A stretch of DNA of 24,000 nucleotides from Vulcaniibacterium tengchongense (GTDB lineage: Bacteria > Pseudomonadota > Gammaproteobacteria > Xanthomonadales > Xanthomonadaceae): NCBI RefSeq assembly GCF_003814555.1, contig NZ_RKQN01000001.1:678546-702545 (forward strand), in the 5' to 3' direction. A program made the position numbers and the translations under genes. The notes beneath the pieces were generated by a model that was not told where the DNA came from, did not search any database, and was given only the letters and a program-made list of their open reading frames with translations. Each line of letters starts with the position of its first letter. The first letter of the stretch is position 1. Of this stretch, positions 1 through 8,651 are shown one piece after another.

Positions 1-1
1 C

Positions 2-2257
2 CGCGGCGACCTGCGCGGCAGCGTGCTCGCGCTGCGCCGCGTCTGCATCCTCGCGATCATGCTGCTGGCCTGGGCCTACAGCCGGCTGATCGCCGGCAGC
101 GCGGCGCTGGCCGACGTCGGCGCGGTGTCGTTCTCGGCGCTGGCGACGCTGGCCCCGGCGCTGTGCTTCGCGGTATGGCGGCCGTCGATTCCGCCGCGCG
201 CGGCGGTGGTCGGCATTCTCGCCGGTTTCGCCGCCTGGGCCTGGGCGTTGCTGCTGCCGACCACGCTGGAAGTGCGCGGCGCGGCGCCGGCGTGGCTGCA
301 CGAGGGGCCGTTCGGTGTGCAATGGCTGGCGCCGGAGGCGCTGTTCGGGCTGACCGGCTGGAGCCGGCTCGGGCGCGCCGTCGGCGCCAGCCTGTTCGTC
401 GGCACCGCCGCGACGGTGCTCGCCGCGCTGTTGCGGCGCGAGGCGCCGCGCCGGGCGCAGCGCGGCCTCGACGCGCGCGCGCTGCGCGACGCCGGCTTGC
501 GCTTCCTGCCGCCGGAGCGGGTCGCGCAACTGCTGCAGGACGCGCCCGCGGACGGGCCGGTGCCGGCCGCGGTGGAGGCGCGGCTGGAACGCGAGCTGGC
601 CGCGGTGCTGGGCTCGGCTTCGGCGCGGGTGCTGCTGGATGCGGCGCGCCGCGCGCCCGGGCGCGAGCTGGACACGATCGCGGCGATCGTCGGCGAGGCC
701 TCGGCCGACCTGCGCTTCAACCAGCGCGTGCTCGAGGCCGCGCTGCAGAACATGAGCCAAGGCATCAGCGTGGTCGACGCCGACCTGCGCCTGGTCGCGT
801 GGAACCGGCGCTACGCCGAACTGTTCGACTTCCCGCCCGAGCTGCTGCAGGTCGGGCGCCCGATCGCCGACCTGGCGCGCTGGGCGATGCAGCGCCTGCC
901 GCTGCACGGCGACCTGGAGAAGGCCCTGCAGCGGCGCCTGGCGTTCATGCGCGCCGGCACGCCGCACCTGTCCGAGCGCGTGCTGCCCGACGGCAGCATC
1001 GTCGAGATCCGCGGCAACCCGATGCCGGGCGGCGGCTTCGTCGCCACCTTCACCGACGTCACCGCATTCCGCCGCGCCGAGGCCGGGCTGATCCAGGCCA
1101 ACGAGACGCTGGAGCAGCGGGTGACGGCGCGGACCGCGGACCTGGAGGTGGCCAAGCGCGAGGCCGAGCGCGCCAACGAGGCCAAGAGCCGCTTCCTGGC
1201 CGCGATCGGGCACGACCTGATGCAGCCGCTGCATGCGGCGCAGCTGTTCGTCGACGCGCTGGCGCAGCAGGTGCGCGAGCCGGGGCAGCGCGAGACGGTC
1301 GCGCAGATCGTCGGCGCGTTGGATTCGACCCACGACCTGCTCGGGAGCCTGCTCGACATGTCGCGGCTGGAGGCGGGCGGGCTGGTGCCGCAGCCGCGCG
1401 AGTTCCCGCTGGCGGAAGTGCTGGAGCCGCTGGCCTCGGAGTTCGGCGCGATCGCCGCGGCGCGGGGGCTGCGCTTCCGCTTCGTCGGCTGCCGCGCCTG
1501 GACCCGCAGCGACCCGCAGCTGCTGCGCCGCGTGCTGCAGAACTTCCTCGCCAACGCGGTGCGCTACACCGAGCGCGGCCGCGTGCTGCTGGGCGTGCGC
1601 CGCGACGGCGGCGGCCTGCGCATCGAGGTCCACGACAGCGGCCCCGGCATCGCGCCGGAGCAGCGGGCGGCGATCTTCGAGGAGTTCCGCCGCGGCGAGA
1701 ACGCGCCGGGGCAGGGCCTGGGCCTGGGACTGTGGATCGCCGACCGCATCGCGGCGCTGCTGCAGGCGCCGCTGTCGCTGCGCAGCCGCCCCGGCCGCGG
1801 CGCGGTGTTCGCGGTGCGGGTGCCGCTGCGCGAGCGGCGCGCGCCCGCGGCGCCCGCCGCCGTGCCCTCGGCGCCCGGCGTGCGCGTGCTGGTGGTCGAC
1901 AACGACCGCGCCGCGCTCGCCGCGCTGGAAAAACTGCTGCGCGGCTGGGGCTACGACGTGGCGGCGGTGGCCGACCGCGCCGCCGCGTTCGCCGCCCAGC
2001 GCGAGCGCCCGGCCGCGCTGTGGCTGTTCGACTTCCATCTCGACGACGGTGACACCGGACTGGCGCTGGCCGCCGACCTGGCCGGCGGAGGCGAGGCGCC
2101 GCCAACCGTGATCCTCACCGCCGACGCCGATCTCGCGGTGCGCCGCGCGGTGCACGAGGCCGGGCTGACGCTGCTCGGCAAGCCGCTCAAGCCGCTGGCG
2201 CTGAAGTCGACCGTGGACCGCCTGCGCGCGGCGGAGCGGCGCCCGGTGGCGGGCTAG
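2..2257 (+). CDS. Hybrid sensor histidine kinase/response regulator, 5'-partial (membrane module + PAS + HisKA + HATPase + REC); CrbS/MxtR-like
   Basis: The reading frame is open to the window edge (no stop upstream of the GTG at 23). The N-terminal part is hydrophobic helices, followed by a PAS-like segment NMSQGISVVDADLRLVAWNRRYAELFDFP. H-box SRFLAAIGHDLMQPL, N-box QNFLANAVRYT and G-boxes HDSGPGI / GQGLGLGL are present. The C-terminal receiver shows VLVVDND ... FDFHLDDG ... GKPLKP. Confidence 0.9.
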   Translation, partial: RGDLRGSVLALRRVCILAIMLLAWAYSRLIAGSAALADVGAVSFSALATLAPALCFAVWRPSIPPRAAVVGILAGFAAWAWALLLPTTLEVRGAAPAWLHEGPFGVQWLAPEALFGLTGWSRLGRAVGASLFVGTAATVLAALLRREAPRRAQRGLDARALRDAGLRFLPPERVAQLLQDAPADGPVPAAVEARLERELAAVLGSASARVLLDAARRAPGRELDTIAAIVGEASADLRFNQRVLEAALQNMSQGISVVDADLRLVAWNRRYAELFDFPPELLQVGRPIADLARWAMQRLPLHGDLEKALQRRLAFMRAGTPHLSERVLPDGSIVEIRGNPMPGGGFVATFTDVTAFRRAEAGLIQANETLEQRVTARTADLEVAKREAERANEAKSRFLAAIGHDLMQPLHAAQLFVDALAQQVREPGQRETVAQIVGALDSTHDLLGSLLDMSRLEAGGLVPQPREFPLAEVLEPLASEFGAIAAARGLRFRFVGCRAWTRSDPQLLRRVLQNFLANAVRYTERGRVLLGVRRDGGGLRIEVHDSGPGIAPEQRAAIFEEFRRGENAPGQGLGLGLWIADRIAALLQAPLSLRSRPGRGAVFAVRVPLRERRAPAAPAAVPSAPGVRVLVVDNDRAALAALEKLLRGWGYDVAAVADRAAAFAAQRERPAALWLFDFHLDDGDTGLALAADLAGGGEAPPTVILTADADLAVRRAVHEAGLTLLGKPLKPLALKSTVDRLRAAERRPVAG

Positions 2258-2272
2258 AGGGAAGCCGGGAAT

Positions 2273-2301
2273 GCCGCGATCGCACGGGAAGGGATCGCGG
2301 C
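2273..2301. terminator. GC-rich hairpin between convergent genes (9-bp stem gccgcgatc/gatcgcggc, 11-nt loop); possible bidirectional terminator
   Basis: A perfect inverted repeat (2273-2281 and 2293-2301) lies between the kinase stop (2257) and the SRPBCC stop (2324). There is no U-tract. Confidence 0.45.
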
Positions 2302-2323
2302 GCCGGCCGTTCGCGCCCGTGTC

Positions 2324-2746
2324 CTACCCGGCCGCGCCGGCCTTCGCCTCGACGTAGCGCCCGAAGCTGTCCAGGATCGATTGCCAGCCCTCGCGCTGCA
2401 TCTCCGCCGGGTACACGTTCTCGGCGTCGAAGGTCACCCGCACGCGCACGCCCTGCGGGCTTTCGTCGAAGGTCACCTGCACGTCGCGGCCGTCGTCCAT
2501 GCGGTACTCGATCAGGTCGCCGGGCACGACGCGGGTGTAGGTGCCCTCGAAATCGAAACCCTGGCTGCCGTCGCGCGCCTCCATGCGGGTGGAGAAGCGG
2601 CCGCCCTCGCGCAGGTCGACCGTGCTGCGCGGGCTGTGCCAGTCCTCGGAGGCGGTGTTCCAGCGGGTGATGTCCTCGGGGTTGCTGTAGGCGGACCAGA
2701 CGGCATCGCGGCCGGCCTTGACGGTGCGTTCGACGGTGATCTTCAT
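2324..2746 (-). CDS. SRPBCC superfamily protein (Aha1/AHSA1-like domain)
   Basis: The 140-aa ORF (MKITVERTVKAGRDAVWSAYSNPEDITRWN ... FEGTYTRVVPGDLIEY ... GWQSILDSFGRYVE) follows the typical AHSA1/SRPBCC pattern. AAGAGGA lies about 7 nt upstream of the ATG on the minus strand. Confidence 0.8.
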   Translation of the reverse strand: MKITVERTVKAGRDAVWSAYSNPEDITRWNTASEDWHSPRSTVDLREGGRFSTRMEARDGSQGFDFEGTYTRVVPGDLIEYRMDDGRDVQVTFDESPQGVRVRVTFDAENVYPAEMQREGWQSILDSFGRYVEAKAGAAG

Positions 2747-2857
2747 GGCGGTATCCTCTTTTTTCGATGGCGGGAAGCGAGGCCCGGAACGCGGTTCCGT
2801 TCGCGGCCTTCATCGACGCGACGAACCGGCGCGGCGGAAATCGACAACGCCGCAGCG

Positions 2858-3523
2858 TCAGGCGCCGAGCGCCCGCGCCGGGTCGCTCAGTTCCAGTTCG
2901 CGCAGCACCACGCTGGCCTGGGTGCGGTTGCGCACGCCCAGGCGCTCGAAGATCGCCGACAGGTGCGCCTTGACCGTGCGCTCCTGCACTTCCAGGCGGT
3001 CGGCGATCTGCTTGTTGAGCAGGCCCTGCGCGACCAGGGTGAGCACGCGGAACTGCTGCGGCGACAGGCTGGCCAGCCGCGCCGCCAGGTCGGCGTCGGC
3101 GCTGGCGCTCTGGGTGCGCGCCACGGCGGCGCGCAGCGAGGGCGGCAGCCACTGCTCGCAGGCCAGCACGGTGCGGATCGCCTCGCGCAGTTCGTCCAGG
3201 CCGGCGCTCTTGGGCAGGTAGCCGGCGGCGCCGTGGTCGAGCGCGCGCCGCACCACGCGCGGGTCGTCGTTGGCCGAGACCACGACCACCGCGACCCCGG
3301 GGTGCTGGGCACGGATCGCGGCCAGCCCGGCCAGGCCGTGGTTGCCGGGCATGTGCAGGTCGAGCAGGACCAGGTCCACCGACGGATCGGCGTCGAGCGC
3401 GGCGAGCACGTCGTCGAGCCGGCCGGCCTCGTCGATGCGCGCGTCCGGCACCGCCTCCAGCGCCGCCTGCCGCAGCGCGGCGCGGAACAGCGGGTGGTCG
3501 TCGGCGATCAGCAGGGTCGGCAT
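2858..3523 (-). CDS. NarL/FixJ (LuxR)-family response regulator (REC + LuxR HTH); CrbR/ErdR-like
   Basis: Receiver motifs are MPTLLIADDHPLF and DLVLLDLHMPG (phospho-acceptor Asp). The C-terminal LuxR HTH reads LSPQQFRVLTLVAQGLLNKQIADRLEVQERTVKAHLSAIFERLGV. Confidence 0.9.
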   Translation of the reverse strand: MPTLLIADDHPLFRAALRQAALEAVPDARIDEAGRLDDVLAALDADPSVDLVLLDLHMPGNHGLAGLAAIRAQHPGVAVVVVSANDDPRVVRRALDHGAAGYLPKSAGLDELREAIRTVLACEQWLPPSLRAAVARTQSASADADLAARLASLSPQQFRVLTLVAQGLLNKQIADRLEVQERTVKAHLSAIFERLGVRNRTQASVVLRELELSDPARALGA

Positions 3524-3532
3524 GGCGCTAGC

Positions 3533-3578
3533 GTACCAAGCCGGCCGCGGCGGCCGCAGGCGACGTGTACCAAAGTAC
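3533..3578. promoter_or_regulatory. Candidate operator: GTACCAA direct repeat, the second copy within GTAC-N4-GTAC, in the 91-bp divergent promoter region
   Basis: gtaccaag occurs at 3533-3540 and gtaccaaagtac at 3567-3578. These are the only A/T-containing motifs in an otherwise GC-only spacer between the regulator (start 3523, minus) and the hydrolase (start 3615, plus). Confidence 0.25.
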
Positions 3579-3614
3579 GATGGGCCCGCGCGCGCGCCTT
3601 GCTAGGCTGCGGCG

Positions 3615-5450
3615 ATGAACAGGATCCCGCACCGCATCCCGCTGCTCGCCGCCGCCGCGTTCGCGCTGGCGGCCTGCGCCGGCCATGGCGTACGCAAGGG
3701 CCAGGAGGCGCCGATGTTCGCCGCAGAACGGGTCACCGAGCACCGCGACGGCGACGACCTGCTCAGCGCCGGCCTCGGCCTGGGCGGGCTGCGTTCGCCG
3801 GCGCCGCCGGCGTTCGCCGATCCCGAGCGGCCGACGCCGGCCGAGCTGCGCCGGCGCGCGGTCTGGAGCAACTGGCGCGGCATCGCCGACCTCGCCCCCG
3901 GCGGCGGCTACGGCGAGTTGTACGGCAGCGTCGCCGCCGTGCCCGGGCGCGAATACGCCGCCCTGGCGACGGTGCCGGGCGCGCGCCAGCCGCATCGGGT
4001 GCTGGTGCAGGTCCCGGACGGCTTCGACCTGGGCAAGCGCTGCGTGGTGGTGGCCGCTTCGTCCGGCTCGCGCGGCGTCTACGGGGCGATCGCGGTCGCC
4101 GGCGCCTGGGGCCTGCCGAAGGGCTGCGCCGTGGCCTACACCGACAAGGGCGCGGGTACCGACTACTTCGATCTCGACGCCGGCCTCGGCGTGACCGCGG
4201 ACGGCCGCATCGCCGCGCCCGGCGCGATGCCGCTGGCGTTCGCGCCCGACGCGCCGGCCGGCGCGGCCGGGCGGCGCGGCATCGCATTCAAGCACGCGCA
4301 TTCGCAGGACAACCCCGAGGCCGACTGGGGCCGGCACGTACGCCAGGCGGCGCAATACGCGCTGCACGCGCTGGACCGGGCCTTCCCGCAGGCGGCGCCG
4401 TTCACCTTCGCCGACACCCGGGTGATCGCGGTCGGCATCTCCAACGGCGGCGGCGCGGTGCTGCGCGCGGCCGAGCTGGAGGGCGACTGGCTCGACGCGG
4501 CGGTCGCCGGCGAGCCCAACGTCTACGTCGAAGGCGAGGGCGGGCGCGCGCTCTACGACTACGCCACCGAAGCGGCGCTGCTGATGCCGTGCGCGTTGCT
4601 GCGCGTGCCGGGCCTGCCGCAGCCGCCGGCGACCGCGCAGATGGCGCCGTTGTGGACCCGGCATTGCGCGGCGCTGAAGGCCGCCGGTCTGGTGGAGGGT
4701 GGCGACGCCGCGGCGCAGGCCGCATCGGCCCACGCGCGGCTGAAGGCGAGCGGCTGGCGCGACGAAGCGCTGCGCGCGGGCGCGGCGACGGTCGGTTTCG
4801 ACATGTGGCGCGCGGTGACGGTGGCCTATGCCTCGGCCTACGGCCGCTATACCGCCGGCGCGCACCCCTGCGGCCACGGCTATGCCGCGCTCGACCCGAA
4901 GGGCGCGGCGCGGGCCGCGACCGCCGCCGAGCGCGCGGCCTGGTGGGCGGACGCCAGCGGCATTCCGCCGGGCAACGGCATCGGCCTGGTCGAACGCACG
5001 CCGGGCGACGCGTTCGCCGGCCTGCAATGCCTGCGCGCGTTGTGGCAGGGCGAAGGCGAGGACGCGCGGCGCGTGCGCCGTGGCGTGGCCGAGACCCGCG
5101 CCGCGCCGCCGCGCGCCGGGTTGCCGGTGGTGGTGATCCACGGCGACGACGACGGCCTGATCCCGCCGGCGTTCAGCAGTGCGCCGTACGTGCGCCGGGC
5201 GCAGGCCGCCGGGCGCGAGGTGCGCTACTGGCAGGTGCACAACGCCCAGCATTTCGACGCCTTCCTCGGCCTGCCGGACTACGGCGCGCGCTATGTGCCC
5301 TTGCTGCCGTACGTGTACGCCGCGCTGGACCGGGTCGAGGCGCACCTCGAACGCGGCGCGCCGCTGCCGGCCGACGCGATCGTCGACACCGTGCCGCGCG
5401 GCGCGGGCCGGCCGCTGCAGGCGGCGAATCTCGCGTTGCCCGCGCGTTGA
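3615..5450 (+). CDS. D-(-)-3-hydroxybutyrate oligomer hydrolase family protein, predicted lipoprotein
   Basis: The 611-aa ORF has an N-terminal signal with lipobox LAAC (Cys21) and a nucleophile elbow GISNGGG. Segments SGSRGVYGAI and YTDKGAGTDYFDL are recognised from the 3HB-oligomer hydrolase family (PF10605-like). Confidence 0.8.
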   Translation: MNRIPHRIPLLAAAAFALAACAGHGVRKGQEAPMFAAERVTEHRDGDDLLSAGLGLGGLRSPAPPAFADPERPTPAELRRRAVWSNWRGIADLAPGGGYGELYGSVAAVPGREYAALATVPGARQPHRVLVQVPDGFDLGKRCVVVAASSGSRGVYGAIAVAGAWGLPKGCAVAYTDKGAGTDYFDLDAGLGVTADGRIAAPGAMPLAFAPDAPAGAAGRRGIAFKHAHSQDNPEADWGRHVRQAAQYALHALDRAFPQAAPFTFADTRVIAVGISNGGGAVLRAAELEGDWLDAAVAGEPNVYVEGEGGRALYDYATEAALLMPCALLRVPGLPQPPATAQMAPLWTRHCAALKAAGLVEGGDAAAQAASAHARLKASGWRDEALRAGAATVGFDMWRAVTVAYASAYGRYTAGAHPCGHGYAALDPKGAARAATAAERAAWWADASGIPPGNGIGLVERTPGDAFAGLQCLRALWQGEGEDARRVRRGVAETRAAPPRAGLPVVVIHGDDDGLIPPAFSSAPYVRRAQAAGREVRYWQVHNAQHFDAFLGLPDYGARYVPLLPYVYAALDRVEAHLERGAPLPADAIVDTVPRGAGRPLQAANLALPAR

Positions 5451-5541
5451 GCGGCGGGAGCCGGCGGTCATCCCGCAGCAGGGCCTGCTTGTGCTTTTTC
5501 ATCCGCGTGCCACGTCGCTTGCGCAGCCGGGCAGGCGCGAC

Positions 5542-5567
5542 CTTCGGCGGCAGGGATGCCGCCGAAG
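5542..5567. other. Perfect 11-bp stem hairpin with GGGA (GNRA-type) tetraloop in a 404-bp intergenic gap
   Basis: cttcggcggca (5542-5552), ggga, tgccgccgaag (5557-5567). It lies about 92 nt after the hydrolase stop. No U-tract follows on either strand. Confidence 0.5.
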
Positions 5568-5854
5568 CGCCTGCATGGACGTATTCACCGCGTGCCTGCC
5601 CCATGCCCCGGCTGCGCTCCGTGCCGACTTGCACAAGCAAAAAACAGGTCCCTCGTTGCGCCTCGGACGGCAGCCGAGGGGCCGCCGCACGACCGCCGCG
5701 TCTTCCGCCGGGGCGGCCCGCGGCGCGCCCGGGAAGCGGGAGTCGCACGGCGTGCACGCGGCGTGATCGCGGCCAGAGGCGCTGCGCATGCGCTTGCGGC
5801 GGCCGGCCCGCCTTGGCAGGCTTGCCGCCATCTCCCGCTTGCGAAGGCCGGCCC

Positions 5855-6487
5855 ATGTCCAGCGAACGCCCCGCGCCGCGCCACTTCTCGATGCTGCGCC
5901 AGTTCCACCTGGCCGACTGGCTGACCCTGGCCAATGCGTTCTGCGGCACCGGCGCGATCTTCGCCGCGATGCGTTTCCTGCAGGAGGGCCGCGTGCGGGA
6001 CCTGCTGGTGGGCATGGCGTTGATCCCGCTCGCGTTCGTGTTCGACGCGCTCGACGGCCGGGTCGCGCGCTGGCGCAAGTCGGCGTCCACGCTCGGGCGC
6101 GAGCTGGACTCGCTCGCCGACGTGATCTCCTTCGGCGTCGCGCCGGCCGCGCTCGGCTACGCCTGCGGGCTGCAGGGCGGCTGGGACTGGATCGTGCTGA
6201 GCTATTTCGTCGGTTGCGGCGTCAGCCGCCTGGCGCGCTACAACGTCACCGCCGAGCAGCTCGCCGGCGGCGGCGACAAGGTCAAGTACTTCGAAGGCAC
6301 GCCGATCCCCACCAGCCTGGTGCTGGTGATCGTGCTCGCGATCGCCGCCGGGCAGGGGGCGACCGGGGCCGGCCTGTGGCTGGGCAGGGTCGAGCTCGGC
6401 CCCTGGCAGTTCCATCCGCTGGTGCTGATGTACGCGCTGTCGGGCTCGCTGATGATCAGCAAGACCCTGCGCATTCCCAAGCCCTGA
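5855..6487 (+). CDS. pssA: CDP-alcohol phosphatidyltransferase, probably CDP-diacylglycerol--serine O-phosphatidyltransferase
   Basis: These are the last 210 codons of the artefactual 1368-aa ORF. The signature D-x2-DG-x2-AR ... G-x3-D-x3-D is present as DALDGRVARWRKSASTLGRELDSLADVISF. The protein is multi-helix membrane, with N-terminus FSMLRQFHLADWLTLANAFCGTGAIFAA typical of type II PssA. Confidence 0.75.
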   Translation: MSSERPAPRHFSMLRQFHLADWLTLANAFCGTGAIFAAMRFLQEGRVRDLLVGMALIPLAFVFDALDGRVARWRKSASTLGRELDSLADVISFGVAPAALGYACGLQGGWDWIVLSYFVGCGVSRLARYNVTAEQLAGGGDKVKYFEGTPIPTSLVLVIVLAIAAGQGATGAGLWLGRVELGPWQFHPLVLMYALSGSLMISKTLRIPKP

Positions 6488-6557
6488 CCGCATCCGGCGC
6501 CGCGACGGCGCGCTCATGCGCGATTGCTATCATCGCTTGCAGCCGGAGGTGGACACG

Positions 6558-7550
6558 ATGCAGGCTGGATTCGAGGACTTCGACGCGCTGGCGCGCCGCT
6601 ACTGGAGCGCCTGGGGCGAGGCGCTGCGCGCCGCCGGCGCGCCCGCCGCCTCGCCCCCGGCGCCGGCGTTGCCGGGGTGGAACGAGGCGCTGGACTGGTG
6701 GTCGCGCCTGGCCAAGGGCGGACGCGGCGAACCGGACAACGTGCTCGACCGTTTCAATGCCCAGGCCGGCGCCTGGCTGGACCAGATGCAGCAGCTCGCC
6801 GCGCAGTTCGCCGGCCGCGACGCCGGCGCCGCCGAGATCGCCGCCGCCTGGCGCAAGATGTTGGGCGGCGACGTGGCCAGGCCGTTGCAGGACGCGTTCG
6901 CCGCCATGCACGGCGCCGGCGCGCAGGATCCGGCGCGCGGGACGGAGCCTTGGCTGGCGCTGCTGCAGCGTTGGCAGGAGGAAGGGCGCGGCTGGCTCGG
7001 CCTGCCGGCGTTCGGCCTCGGTCGCGAGCACCAGGAGCGCTGGCAGCGCCTCGCCCAGGCGCAGCTCGACGCCCAGGCGCAGGCGCAGGCCTACCACGCC
7101 CTGCTGGCCGAAGCCGGGCAGGACGCGTTCAAGCGTTTCGAGGGCCGGCTCGAGCAGCGCCAACGCGAAGGCCGCCCGCTGGCGTCCGCGCGCGAGCTGT
7201 TCGACCTGTGGGTGGACGCGGCCGAGGAGGCCTACGCCGAGATCGCGCTGTCGCCGCGTTTCCGCGACGCCTACGCGGCGCTGGTCAATTCGCAGATGAA
7301 GCTGCGCAAGGCCGCGCAGGCGGAGCTCGAGCAGGCCTGCTCGGCGCTCGGCCTGCCCACCCGCACCGAACTGGATTCGGCGCACCGCAAGATCGCCCAG
7401 CTCGAGCGCGAACTGCGCCGCCTGCGCGAGGCGCTGCAGGAAAGCCGGAACGCGCCCGCTAACACGGCGCCCGGGCCGGGCAAGCCGGTGCGCACCGCGA
7501 CGCGCGCGTCCGCGCGCAAGCGCGCGCCCTCGCCGCGGAGCGAAGGCTGA
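6558..7550 (+). CDS. phaE: Class III poly(R)-hydroxyalkanoate synthase subunit PhaE
   Basis: The protein begins MQAGFEDFDALARRYWSAWGEALR and has a C-terminal coiled segment PTRTELDSAHRKIAQLERELRRLREAL, as in PhaE. It sits directly upstream of and overlapping phaC. GGAGG at 6546-6550 favours the ATG at 6558 over the upstream ATG at 6516. Confidence 0.8.
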   Translation: MQAGFEDFDALARRYWSAWGEALRAAGAPAASPPAPALPGWNEALDWWSRLAKGGRGEPDNVLDRFNAQAGAWLDQMQQLAAQFAGRDAGAAEIAAAWRKMLGGDVARPLQDAFAAMHGAGAQDPARGTEPWLALLQRWQEEGRGWLGLPAFGLGREHQERWQRLAQAQLDAQAQAQAYHALLAEAGQDAFKRFEGRLEQRQREGRPLASARELFDLWVDAAEEAYAEIALSPRFRDAYAALVNSQMKLRKAAQAELEQACSALGLPTRTELDSAHRKIAQLERELRRLREALQESRNAPANTAPGPGKPVRTATRASARKRAPSPRSEG

Positions 7551-8635
7551 TGGACGAGAAGCGCACCGCAAGCCCGCTCGGCTTCACCCCGGACATGCTC
7601 GCGCAGGAGGCGCTGCAGTGGCAGGCCAAGCTGCGCGCCGGCCTGGAGACGCTGCGCCGGCTCGAGGACGTGCAGTACGGCGCGACCGAGCGCGAGGAGG
7701 TCTGGCGCGACGGCAAGGTGGTGCTGTACCGCTTCCGCGGCGAGCGCGCGCCGACCGCGAAGGTGCCGCTGCTGATCGTCTACGCGCTGGTCAACCGGCC
7801 GTACATGATCGACCTGCAGGCGGACAAGTCGATCGTGCGCGGCCTGCTCGAGCGCGGCGAGGACGTGTACGTGATCGACTGGGGCTACCCGGACCGCTCC
7901 GACCGCTTCCTCGAGCTGGAGGACTACATCCAGCGCTTCGTCGGCGGGGCGGTCGACCACCTGCGCCGCACGTACCGCCAGGAGGCGGTCAACCTGCTCG
8001 GCATCTGCCAGGGCGGCGCCTTCGCCCTGTGCTACGCGGCGCTGAACCCGGCCCGGGTGCGCAACCTGGTGACGATGGTCACGCCGGTGGACTTCCACAC
8101 CGACGACAACATGCTGTCCAACTGGGCGCGCAACCTGGACGCCGACCTGTTCGTCGACGCGCTCGGCAACGTGCCGGCGGACGTGATGAACTGGTGCTAC
8201 CTGATGCTCAAGCCGTGGCGGCTGATGGTGCACAAGTACGTCGGCCTGATCGACATCCTCGACGATCCGCGCGCGCTGGAGGACTTCCTGCGCATGGAGA
8301 AGTGGATCTTCGATTCGCCCGACCTCGCCGGCGAGGCCTTCCGCCAGTTCGTCAAGCAGTTCTACCAGGGCAACGGCTTCGTCGAAGGCGGCATCGAGAT
8401 CGGCGGCCGCAGCGTCGACCTGAACTACGTCGGCATGCCGGTGCTGAACATCTACGCCGAGCAGGACCACCTGGTGCCGCCGGCCTCCTCGCGCGCGCTG
8501 GCCGACCTGGTCGGCAGCGAGGACTACAGCGAACTGTCGTTCCGCGGCGGCCACATCGGCATCTACGTCTCCGGCCGCGCCCAGCGCGAGGTGCCGGCGG
8601 CGATCCACGATTGGTTGGCCGGGCGCTCGCGCTGA
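7550..8635 (+). CDS. phaC: Class III poly(R)-hydroxyalkanoate synthase catalytic subunit PhaC
   Basis: At 361 aa it matches class III size. It has the lipase-box variant GICQGG (G-x-C-x-G), conserved YAEQDHLVPP and a GGHIG His. Its ATG overlaps the phaE TGA (tgATG at 7548-7552). Confidence 0.9.
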   Translation: MDEKRTASPLGFTPDMLAQEALQWQAKLRAGLETLRRLEDVQYGATEREEVWRDGKVVLYRFRGERAPTAKVPLLIVYALVNRPYMIDLQADKSIVRGLLERGEDVYVIDWGYPDRSDRFLELEDYIQRFVGGAVDHLRRTYRQEAVNLLGICQGGAFALCYAALNPARVRNLVTMVTPVDFHTDDNMLSNWARNLDADLFVDALGNVPADVMNWCYLMLKPWRLMVHKYVGLIDILDDPRALEDFLRMEKWIFDSPDLAGEAFRQFVKQFYQGNGFVEGGIEIGGRSVDLNYVGMPVLNIYAEQDHLVPPASSRALADLVGSEDYSELSFRGGHIGIYVSGRAQREVPAAIHDWLAGRSR

Positions 8636-8651
8636 GCCTGCGGTTCCCGTC

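Noticed and set aside
3528-5471. A 647-aa minus-strand ORF antisense to the 3HB-oligomer hydrolase. Similar cases: 12245-14488 (747 aa, antisense to the TonB receptor), 7271-9013, 8950-10518, 15384-17009, 15815-17755 and 18838-21543.
   Set aside because: All have extreme Arg/Ala/Pro/Gly composition and no recognisable motifs or RBS. Each overlaps, on the opposite strand or in another frame, a gene with clear family signatures. The only real piece is the last ~130 nt of 18838-21543, which is the 3' half of the frameshifted DUF3224 gene.
5472-5500. An intrinsic terminator right after the hydrolase stop (gcagcagggcctgctt followed by gtgcttttt).
   Set aside because: The stem can form only about 4-5 bp once a sterically possible loop is allowed. 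That is too weak to call, despite the T-run.
2381-6487. A 1368-aa ORF on the plus strand, the longest in the track.
   Set aside because: Except for its last 210 codons (the PssA-like gene, 5855-6487), it runs antisense or out of frame across four well-supported genes. It is Arg/Ala/Gly/Pro-rich low-complexity sequence, a typical high-GC shadow ORF.
7074-7090. A short tandem repeat (caggcg)x~3 inside phaE, encoding AQAQAQA.
   Set aside because: It is in frame and very short, and fits an Ala/Gln-rich coiled region of PhaE. There is no evidence of phase variation.
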